Positions 7,395 through 15,504 of a stretch of DNA of 64,000 nt are shown piece after piece. Source of the DNA: an uncultured SAR86 cluster bacterium (GTDB lineage: Bacteria > Pseudomonadota > Gammaproteobacteria > Magnimaribacterales > D2472). How positions within the stretch are numbered: the stretch's first letter is position 1; each line of letters starts with the position of its first letter. Position numbers and translations under genes: made by a program. The stretch covers positions 8,762 through 72,761 of the forward strand of contig CACOWI010000004.1 of assembly GCA_902630885.1 (NCBI GenBank), read 5' to 3'. The notes beneath the pieces are model-generated. The model was not told the DNA's origin, made no database searches, and saw only the letters and a list, made by a program, of their open reading frames with translations.

Positions 7395-9593
7395 ATGCAG
7401 CTAAAACATATAAAACTTGCAGGTTTTAAAAGTTTCGTTGATCCAACGAAGATATCTTTCCCAACAAATATGGTGGGCGTTGTAGGCCCGAATGGCTGTG
7501 GAAAATCAAATGTAATAGACGCTGTTCGATGGGTGCTTGGTGAATTATCAGCAAAAAATCTAAGAGGTGAATCAATGGTAGATGTTATCTTCAATGGTTC
7601 TGAAAATAGGAAAGCATCTGGGCAATGCAGTATAGAGCTTTTGTTTGATAATTCTAGCGCCAAAATCGGAGGAGAATATGCATCCTTCAATGAGGTATCA
7701 ATCAAAAGGGTAATGACAAGAGATGCTCAATCCGATTACTTTATAAATAACACGAAATGTAGACGAAAAGATGTACAAGATATATTTCTTGGCACAGGTT
7801 TAGGACCAAGTTCCTATGCAATCATTGAACAGGGAATGGTAAGCAAACTTGTTAGTGCAAAACCAGATGAATTAAGGACTCATATTGAAGAGGCAGCTGG
7901 AGTATCAAAGTATAGAGAAAGAAGAAAAGAAACAGAATCAAGAATAAAGAGAACAAGAGAAAATTTATCAAGAGTAAAAGATATTCGAGATGAAATTGGA
8001 AGACTTATAAAAAGATTGGAGAATCAAGCTAAAGCTGCTGAAAAATATAATGTTCTTAAGAAAGATAAAGCAAAAATGGAATTAGATAAAGCTATTCTAT
8101 TTTCAATCGAAGCAAAAAGTAATAGGGATGATTTACAAAAAAAGCTAGACTCACTTAACAGAGACCTTCAAATAAAAAATGCTGAGTCTGAAACTGTTCA
8201 ATCACAAATAGATCAATTCAGGACAGAAAACGAATCTGTTTTAAGTGAATATGAGAGTGCTCAAAAGAACTTTTATGCAGTTGGTGCTGAAATAGCAAAA
8301 AGAGAAGCAAATCTTCAAAATATTAATAAAAATGATCAGGAAACAAAATCAAATTTAGAAAAAGTAAAACAAAATCTTGAAAAAGCTAAGGAAACAGAAA
8401 AAAACTTTGATGAATTGAGCCCAAGCGAAAAGGCTATGCATATTCTTAATAGCATGATTAATACGATAGAGAAATATGGAATTACTAACGACAATATAAA
8501 AGAGAAAGCTATTGAATTAAAAGGATTACTTACTGATATTTTAAATATAGCTTCGGCTCAATCAAAAACACTAACTGAGGAATATTTATCGAGACAAAAT
8601 GATCTTGAAGATCAAATTGCTAATGCTGAAAAATTGAAAAAATCTATCGAAAACGAAATGAAAGACTTTGTAGATAAAAGCTCAAGTGCAGAATCTGTTT
8701 TGGTTTCATTGAGACAGAAGCAATCAAAATTTAATGAGGAACTAAGAGAACTTGAAAATAAAAAATCGATAGCAGATTTAGATTCTAGATCAATTTCTGA
8801 AAAAATCATGAACATTAGTATTGAACAAAAAACTTATGAAGTTAATCTTGATAACTCAAACAAAAAAATTAAAGAAGCTGGTATAGATATAGAAAAAATT
8901 GATTTTTCTGAATATCAGAATATAACCCTAGAAGAGCTTGAAGAAAATTTAGTTAATATTGAAACAAAGATAATAAAATTAGGCGCTATAAACTTAGCGG
9001 CACCAGAGGAAATAAAAGAGGAATCAAAACGAAAAGAAGAGCTTGATGAACAATATGATGACTTGACTGAAGCTCTTGATAAGCTTACAGGTGCAATTAA
9101 AAAAATCGATCAAGAGACTAAAACCATTTTTAAAGAAAGTTTCGATTCAGTTAACTTAAAACTAAAAGAAATGTTTCCAAAATTATTTGGTGGAGGGTTA
9201 GCTGAATTAACTTTAACCGAGGAGGATGCTTTAAATGCTGGTGTAATTTTGATGGCAAGACCTCCTGGTAAAAAAAATTCATCTATATCTCAACTTTCAG
9301 GCGGTGAAAAAGCTTTGACTGCACTGGCATTAGTATTTGCAATTTTTGATCTTAATCCGGCTCCTTTTTGTTTGCTTGACGAGGTTGACGCCCCTCTAGA
9401 TGATTTAAATACAGTGAGATTTATAAATATGGTCGAGGAGATGTCAAAAACTGTTCAGTTTATATTTATTACCCATAATAAAGTTTCTATGGAAAGAAGT
9501 GATTACCTTATGGGTGTAACCATGCAAGAGGCTGGTGTCTCCAGAATGGTATCAGTTGACGTGAATCAGGCCCTTGAATTGGCTGAGACATAA
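7395..9593 (+). CDS. smc: chromosome partition protein SMC, unusually short (732 aa), no recognisable hinge
   Basis: Canonical SMC N-terminal head 'LAGFKSFVDPT..VGPNGCGKSNVIDAVRWVLGE.SAK.LRG'. C-terminal head has signature 'QLSGGEKALTALALVFAIF' and Walker B 'LLDEVDAPLDD'. Heptad-rich K/E/Q-rich region lies between. Followed by zipA as in other gammaproteobacteria. Confidence 0.8.
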   Translation: MQLKHIKLAGFKSFVDPTKISFPTNMVGVVGPNGCGKSNVIDAVRWVLGELSAKNLRGESMVDVIFNGSENRKASGQCSIELLFDNSSAKIGGEYASFNEVSIKRVMTRDAQSDYFINNTKCRRKDVQDIFLGTGLGPSSYAIIEQGMVSKLVSAKPDELRTHIEEAAGVSKYRERRKETESRIKRTRENLSRVKDIRDEIGRLIKRLENQAKAAEKYNVLKKDKAKMELDKAILFSIEAKSNRDDLQKKLDSLNRDLQIKNAESETVQSQIDQFRTENESVLSEYESAQKNFYAVGAEIAKREANLQNINKNDQETKSNLEKVKQNLEKAKETEKNFDELSPSEKAMHILNSMINTIEKYGITNDNIKEKAIELKGLLTDILNIASAQSKTLTEEYLSRQNDLEDQIANAEKLKKSIENEMKDFVDKSSSAESVLVSLRQKQSKFNEELRELENKKSIADLDSRSISEKIMNISIEQKTYEVNLDNSNKKIKEAGIDIEKIDFSEYQNITLEELEENLVNIETKIIKLGAINLAAPEEIKEESKRKEELDEQYDDLTEALDKLTGAIKKIDQETKTIFKESFDSVNLKLKEMFPKLFGGGLAELTLTEEDALNAGVILMARPPGKKNSSISQLSGGEKALTALALVFAIFDLNPAPFCLLDEVDAPLDDLNTVRFINMVEEMSKTVQFIFITHNKVSMERSDYLMGVTMQEAGVSRMVSVDVNQALELAET

Positions 9594-10220
9594 ATGAGTA
9601 TTAATACAGAAATATACTTAATAGGCTTGTCTGTTTTAATATTTCTGATAATTACTTTTTTGTTCATAAAAAAAATATCGAATGATGGGAATTTAAAAGT
9701 AAAGATTGAAAAAATAGCAGATTCATCAAACCTAAAAAAGTCAGTTGATCATCCTGGAAATCAACAGTCATTTGATTTTCAAACAGATCATACTAAAGAA
9801 CAAGAATTGGTGATATTAAATTTAATTTCTATGGATAAATCTATGTTTGATATAGATCAATTATTTGGATTTTTATCAAATTATGGTGCGAAAATCGTCA
9901 ATAATTACTTTGCTTTTTACCAAGATAATAGAATAGAAAAATTTAGAGTAATTAATGCTTTAAAACCCGGAATCTTTGAAGATGAAACTAAAACATTTGC
10001 AATAGCAGTTGCCTCTGATCTAAATGTTGTAGATGATCCTTTAAATACTGTTAAGCAAATGATTGAATTTTCAATTAACTTTTCAGAAAAATTTTACGCA
10101 ACACTTTGTGATCAAGATAGGACACCTATAACAAAACAGATGATCGCACATATTGAATCTAGAGCCCAAGAAATTGCAAGAATGAAACAGCTTAATAATA
10201 CGTCTATTGAGGAACAATAA
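9594..10220 (+). CDS. zipA: cell division protein ZipA, short form (208 aa)
   Basis: N-terminal TM anchor. The C-terminal domain is alignable by eye to the E. coli ZipA FtsZ-binding domain ('VINALKPGIFED' vs 'LANMVKPGTFD'; 'LCDQDRTPITKQMI' vs 'LDDQRRMMTPQKL'). The ATG abuts the smc stop. Confidence 0.75.
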   Translation: MSINTEIYLIGLSVLIFLIITFLFIKKISNDGNLKVKIEKIADSSNLKKSVDHPGNQQSFDFQTDHTKEQELVILNLISMDKSMFDIDQLFGFLSNYGAKIVNNYFAFYQDNRIEKFRVINALKPGIFEDETKTFAIAVASDLNVVDDPLNTVKQMIEFSINFSEKFYATLCDQDRTPITKQMIAHIESRAQEIARMKQLNNTSIEEQ

Positions 10221-10224
10221 ATCG

Positions 10225-11511
10225 ATGATCGAGCCTTGGAAAATTATCCTTGAACTTGAAAGTGATAACAGTCGACTATTTAAAGAGGGCATTGTTGAAA
10301 AATATCTTAAGGACAAAGTATTTCAAGAAGGTCTTGTTATGTGTCTAGATCCTTTGACTACTTTTGGAGTTAAACAAGTGCCTGAATGTAATGAAGATGG
10401 TGATGGTCTTAGCTGGAATGATTTTAAAAAAGCTGCAGATCAATTAATAGATAGAGAAAAGACCGGCCATGCAGCTAGAGATTTAATTCTTGATCTTATA
10501 AATTCTTCAAAAATAGATCAGTGGAATAATTGGTATCGTAGAATTCTGATTAAGGATCTAAGATGTGGAGTAAGTGAAAAGACAGTAAACAATGTTGCAA
10601 AAAAAATGAATCTAGAATTTAGAGTGCCTATTTTTTCTTGTATGCTTGCTCATGACGGAGCCAAACACCCAAAAAAAATTAAAGGTGATTGCTTGGTTGA
10701 ATATAAATATGACGGAGTAAGGGTAGTAGCAATTGTTAAGAATGGAAAGGCAACTCTATACAGCCGTAATGGAAAGATATTTACTAATTTTCCTCACATT
10801 GAAAGCGCCTTAAGTAAAAAGGAATACAACAATTTTGTTTTTGATGGAGAGGTAATGAGTGATGATTTTCAAGCTCTAATGAAACAAGTATATAGAAAAT
10901 CAGGAGCAAAAACTGACGATGCTTATCTCGCTTTATTTGATATCCTGCCTCTTAAAGAATTTAATGACGGTAAAAGTAAATTAAACTCTATTGAAAGAAA
11001 AGAAAAACTTAACGAATTAGCACAAACTTTTGGAGATGCAATTAAGTTAGTAGATTATGAAATTATTAACTTTGATACTGAAGAGGGGCAGACTAAATTT
11101 TCTGAGATGAATAAGGAAGCCCTAGAAAAAGGTTTTGAGGGCTTAATGATCAAACCAAATGATAATTTTTATGAATGTAAAAGAAGTCATGCTTGGTTGA
11201 AAATAAAACCATTTATAGAAGTTACACTAAAGATTATTGACATACAAGAAGGATCTGGAAAGCATGAAGGCAAGTTAGGTGCCTTTCATGTAGAGGGTGA
11301 AGATGACGGAAAGTTTTTTTCACTCAGCGTTGGAAGTGGTCTCACTGATGATGATAGAGAAAGATTCTGGGCAGCAAAAGATAAGCTTGTTGGGAGAATG
11401 GTTGAAATAAGGGCAGACGCAATAACTCAAAGCATTGAGGGTGAGCACTTTAGCTTAAGATTCCCAAGATTTAAAAATTTTAGAGGATTTAAAGAGGATG
11501 AAAAGATTTAA
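10225..11511 (+). CDS. ATP-dependent DNA ligase (three-domain: DBD-like, adenylation, OB)
   Basis: Motif I 'EYKYDGVR' (KxDG lysine), motif III 'FVFDGEVM', IV 'YLALFDIL', V 'EGLMIKP', VI 'LRFPRFKNFR'. I chose the ATG at 10225 (GAGGAA 10 nt upstream) over the TTG at 10207 in the ORF track. Confidence 0.85.
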   Translation: MIEPWKIILELESDNSRLFKEGIVEKYLKDKVFQEGLVMCLDPLTTFGVKQVPECNEDGDGLSWNDFKKAADQLIDREKTGHAARDLILDLINSSKIDQWNNWYRRILIKDLRCGVSEKTVNNVAKKMNLEFRVPIFSCMLAHDGAKHPKKIKGDCLVEYKYDGVRVVAIVKNGKATLYSRNGKIFTNFPHIESALSKKEYNNFVFDGEVMSDDFQALMKQVYRKSGAKTDDAYLALFDILPLKEFNDGKSKLNSIERKEKLNELAQTFGDAIKLVDYEIINFDTEEGQTKFSEMNKEALEKGFEGLMIKPNDNFYECKRSHAWLKIKPFIEVTLKIIDIQEGSGKHEGKLGAFHVEGEDDGKFFSLSVGSGLTDDDRERFWAAKDKLVGRMVEIRADAITQSIEGEHFSLRFPRFKNFRGFKEDEKI

Positions 11512-12103
11512 ATTTATATATTTCTTGCTAACAATATTGATTATTCAATCTTGTACTACAAGACCTCCTGAAAATCCTGATAATATATGTTTGATTTTCA
11601 AAGAAAAAAGAAGTTGGTATAAAGCAGTTATAAGAAGTGAGAAAAGGTGGAAAATACCACCCTATGTATTAATGTCATTTGTTCATCAAGAGTCAAGCTT
11701 CCAATCAGATGCTAGACCTGAAAGAGAGAAGATACTTGGCTTTATACCATGGTTTAGACCATCTTCAGCTGTTGGATATTCACAAGCACTAACTAAAACT
11801 TGGGAAGATTATAAGGACGAAACTGGAAATTATAGGGCAAGCAGAAAAGACTTTGAAGATTCAGCTGATTTCATTGGTTGGTATGCCAGTAAAGGCTACT
11901 ATCAGGGCTTTGAAAGAGCTGATGCAAGATCATTATATTTAGCATACCACGAGGGTTATCGCGGGTTTGAAAAAAAGACTTACAGAAAAAAACAATGGTT
12001 GATAAAAGTAGCAGATAGAGTGCAAGCAAGATCTACCAAGTACCAAAAACAATATTGGAGTTGTGAAAAGGATTTAAAGAAAAAGAAATTTCTATTTTTT
12101 TGA
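11498..12103 (+). CDS. lipoprotein with lytic transglycosylase (SLT-like) motifs
   Basis: Lipobox 'LIIQSC'. Catalytic-type 'VHQESSFQ', 'VGYSQ' and 'LAYHEGY' resemble the ES / GLMQ / AYNAG motifs of family-1 lytic transglycosylases. Confidence 0.6.
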   Translation: MKRFKFIYFLLTILIIQSCTTRPPENPDNICLIFKEKRSWYKAVIRSEKRWKIPPYVLMSFVHQESSFQSDARPEREKILGFIPWFRPSSAVGYSQALTKTWEDYKDETGNYRASRKDFEDSADFIGWYASKGYYQGFERADARSLYLAYHEGYRGFEKKTYRKKQWLIKVADRVQARSTKYQKQYWSCEKDLKKKKFLFF

Positions 12104-14962
12104 TCAGATATTTTTTATCCTTAACCTCATTTTTTCCATTTCTTTAATATGGTTTTTTCCAGCAACAACAGATTTTTTTGATTCATTAAATAAATATTTT
12201 TGCGAAACATTAATTAAATCGTCAAGTTTACAACTTTTTACCGATGACCTTATTTCTAATCTTTTTTCTATAGTTTTTTTATCAAGATTCATTGAAAAAT
12301 CACTCATCGCTTCTCCAAATGGAGAAAGGGGTTTATCAATACTTGATACTACTCCTAAAATACCCTCATCAAGTTGTTCTTGAGTAATATTTTTCAGTGA
12401 CCATTCTCTTGATTTTTGGAATTCATTAAAAGTCTCAAGGCATCTTGGATCACGATATGAAAAGAATTTAAAAACCTTATTATTTGAATCTTGCATTGCA
12501 CCAGCACCATATGCTCCTCCTTTTTCTCTTATAGCCGAATGTAAATATCCATTCCTCAAAACAGCGCCTAAAACACTCAGAGCCGGCGCATCTTTATGGA
12601 AAAAATCAACTGTAGGAAAGGCTTCAGCGCAATACGTCACTTGTGCTCCTGTAATCCACCCAATTGAGTCTTGTTGAATATTAAAATAATCTTGGTAGCT
12701 AAGTGCATTATTTTCATTAGCAACTTCAAAATTTATATCAGACTGATCAATATTACGAGAAGAAGCCGTGAAAGAATACACAGGTATCGGAGAAATTTTA
12801 TTTTTTATACTATTAAGTATTTCAATATATTTATCGAGATCAGTTTTTTTATCAATATTTTTAGATAGTTTATTTGTGTTGGTTATAAAGTTAATGCCTG
12901 ACAAACAATCATTTGTAGCAGATATATTATTTATTTGAGCAGCACAATTACTCATCGATAGAATATGTCCATTTTGTATCAATGATTTTTCATTGTCTGA
13001 GGAAATGAAATTTAACATGTCTTTAATTCTATTTTTATCAGAGAAGTTTGCATCTTTAGCAGTCTCAATCATTAAATCTTGCATTTCTCTCTCATTTTCT
13101 TCCAACGACTTTGAAGTAATTTTGAGTCCAATAGTATGAGAAGATTGATTTTCATTTGGAATTAGAGTGAAGGCTGCTGATATTCCCCCGGTAATTGCGG
13201 ATTGTATTTTTTGAACATCTTCATAATTTTTATCACCAATTCCAATATCAGTAAGCGTATTAGTAAACAATGTAGCTATTTTAAATTCCTGTTCTGTTAA
13301 TGAACTACAAGGGAGGATTATTGAATGATAGGTGATCCCATTAGTCCCAATGTTATAAAAAAAGTCTTTATCATTTAATGATTTTGATTTTACATATGAG
13401 CGTTTTTTTGGAATATCTTCCTTAGTTACTTTAGGTAAAATTTCAGGATTATCAGACTTTTCTTGTCTAAGTTTTAAATTTTTAGTTAGTTCAATAATTC
13501 TATCTTTATCCTCGTTAGATAGATTTTTTGATTTAATATCGATTTTTTCTTGAATTTTTCTTTCATTTTTAGAATTAAATTCAATATCCGGAGCAAGACA
13601 ATAATTTACCCTATGAGAATTATTAATAATTTTGTTTTCAATTAGTGACTCAATATATTTATCTTTTTTGAGATTTTTTTTAATTACATCAAATGATGCA
13701 TCTAAGTCGAGAACCTTAAGAGGATCATCGTTATGCAGACAGGCTGGAAGACAACTAAGCATTATTTGAAGTCCATAGGGCATACCAGATCCTGTAATTT
13801 CCCTTTGTTTTATTTCAAGTTGATGCAAAGACGATTGTATAAGCTCATTAGAAACTCCTTTTGTGACCACATCTTTAAGACAGTTCAATATCAAATCTTC
13901 AACTTCAATTTGTTTATTTGAGTCAACGCCTTCGAGTCCTGCAGCAAAAACAAGCTCTTTATGATCTGCCTCAAGTCCTGTTAGAGGAGAAAGTGATTTT
14001 CCAAGATCGGTATTTTCTAAAGTTTTTCTTAAAGGCGATGCAGAATTATCCAAAAGAATATTTGACACTAAATATGATTCTAATAATTCAACTGGGTTAT
14101 GACTTTCACCTAAAAGCCAACTTAAAACAATGTGATGGTTGTTTTCGTCTTCTGGCATTGGGTTATAAAATTCAGTGACAGTCTTGGGTTGTTTTATTCT
14201 ATCTTCATTTTTCACACTTATGATTTCAGTGGATGGCTCAAATTTTTCTAATACATTTTTGTTAATGAAATCTTGAATTTCATTTGGATTTAAATTACCA
14301 AATGTAAAGAAGGTAGCATTTGATGGATGATAATGCCTTTTGTGAAAGTCTACTAGATATTCATGTGTGAGATCTATTATATTTTCTGGATTACCACCAC
14401 TATTATGCTTATAAGTTGATGTGTCATACAAATGCCTAGATAAACCGTGCCATAGCTGACTGGATATAGAGCTCATGGCGCCCTTCATCTCATTAAATAC
14501 AACTCCTTTAATTTCTAGATCACTATCAGAATTATTTTTTTCAGAAAATTCAAGCCTATGTCCCTCTTGAAGAAAATCTAGCTCATCTAAGTTAGGAAAA
14601 AAAGAAGAGTCAAGATATACACTTAATAGGTTATTAAAATCTTTGTCATTCTGTGTTGCAAATGGATATGCAGTCCAGTCGCTTGAAGTGAAAGCATTCA
14701 TGAAAGTATTTAATGATCTTCTTATCATCATAAAAAAAGGATCTCTTACTGGATATTTTTTTGAACCACAGAGTGCGGTATGCTCAAGAATATGAGCAAC
14801 ACCTGTTGAGTCTTCTGGGATAGTTCTAAATGCAACCATAAATACCTTTTCATCACTTTTAGAATCAAGATGAATATGCTTGCAATTGAATTCAGATTCA
14901 GTATATATTTGAGCATTAAGGTCTAATAATTTTATATATTTTTGATCTTCTAAATTAAACAT
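12104..14962 (-). CDS. M16C family zinc metallopeptidase (presequence-protease/PreP-like), 952 aa
   Basis: Inverted zincin motif 'HILEHTALCGS'. The ~950-aa four-domain size is typical of the PreP/Cym1 type. Confidence 0.8.
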   Translation of the reverse strand: MFNLEDQKYIKLLDLNAQIYTESEFNCKHIHLDSKSDEKVFMVAFRTIPEDSTGVAHILEHTALCGSKKYPVRDPFFMMIRRSLNTFMNAFTSSDWTAYPFATQNDKDFNNLLSVYLDSSFFPNLDELDFLQEGHRLEFSEKNNSDSDLEIKGVVFNEMKGAMSSISSQLWHGLSRHLYDTSTYKHNSGGNPENIIDLTHEYLVDFHKRHYHPSNATFFTFGNLNPNEIQDFINKNVLEKFEPSTEIISVKNEDRIKQPKTVTEFYNPMPEDENNHHIVLSWLLGESHNPVELLESYLVSNILLDNSASPLRKTLENTDLGKSLSPLTGLEADHKELVFAAGLEGVDSNKQIEVEDLILNCLKDVVTKGVSNELIQSSLHQLEIKQREITGSGMPYGLQIMLSCLPACLHNDDPLKVLDLDASFDVIKKNLKKDKYIESLIENKIINNSHRVNYCLAPDIEFNSKNERKIQEKIDIKSKNLSNEDKDRIIELTKNLKLRQEKSDNPEILPKVTKEDIPKKRSYVKSKSLNDKDFFYNIGTNGITYHSIILPCSSLTEQEFKIATLFTNTLTDIGIGDKNYEDVQKIQSAITGGISAAFTLIPNENQSSHTIGLKITSKSLEENEREMQDLMIETAKDANFSDKNRIKDMLNFISSDNEKSLIQNGHILSMSNCAAQINNISATNDCLSGINFITNTNKLSKNIDKKTDLDKYIEILNSIKNKISPIPVYSFTASSRNIDQSDINFEVANENNALSYQDYFNIQQDSIGWITGAQVTYCAEAFPTVDFFHKDAPALSVLGAVLRNGYLHSAIREKGGAYGAGAMQDSNNKVFKFFSYRDPRCLETFNEFQKSREWSLKNITQEQLDEGILGVVSSIDKPLSPFGEAMSDFSMNLDKKTIEKRLEIRSSVKSCKLDDLINVSQKYLFNESKKSVVAGKNHIKEMEKMRLRIKNI

Positions 14963-14982
14963 AATTCAATAATAAACAACAT

Positions 14983-15495
14983 ATGAAAAAAATAACATCA
15001 CTTTTAACTTTGATACTAATAATTGGTTGTTCAACCACTCAATCTAACATTAAAACTGACTCAATTGAGACTTTTAATCTAAGCAATTATAACGAATTTA
15101 ATATAAAGATAAATAATAACAATGTAAGCGCTGAAGTAAATCCCATTGTTCTAGAGCGCTTTAAAGAAAATCTTAAAACCGCAATTGAGGAAAGGGGTCT
15201 TGTATACAATAAAGAATCAAACATAGTTTTTGACATAAACTTTACAACCAAAGAGACCGTAGAATCTGATCCATTTAATTATTATTACTCAAGATATTAT
15301 TATGACTATTATAGATACAGAGATGACATTTATAACGTGACTCAAAACATCTTAAGAGTGAATCTAAGAAATCTTAATGATGATAAGACATTATGGACAG
15401 TAGTAACTATATGGAGAAATGGTTCCAATAGATCAATATCCTATGATGATGCATCAAACACGCTAGTTGATGAGATAATGATAAGCTTTTTGTAA
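14983..15495 (+). CDS. small lipoprotein, function unknown (possibly DUF4136-like)
   Basis: Lipobox 'LIIGCS'. Contains a Tyr-rich patch 'FNYYYSRYYYDYYRYRDD'. Confidence 0.5.
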   Translation: MKKITSLLTLILIIGCSTTQSNIKTDSIETFNLSNYNEFNIKINNNNVSAEVNPIVLERFKENLKTAIEERGLVYNKESNIVFDINFTTKETVESDPFNYYYSRYYYDYYRYRDDIYNVTQNILRVNLRNLNDDKTLWTVVTIWRNGSNRSISYDDASNTLVDEIMISFL

Positions 15496-15504
15496 GAATT
15501 TATT

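Noticed and set aside
9262-9275. Other long A-runs inside genes (for example the A8 tract at 9271..9278 in smc and the A8 tract at 58108..58115 in trhO) as additional recoding sites
   Set aside because: No biology suggests alternative products there. They serve as a caution that the dnaX A9 tract could also be compositional.
7395-12103. SMC-like ATPase plus ligase plus transglycosylase read as a novel defence or mobile-element module
   Set aside because: The ATPase heads are canonical chromosomal SMC. The middle gene is a recognisable ZipA. The order matches the conserved housekeeping smc-zipA-lig locus. No nuclease, methylase or phage genes are present.
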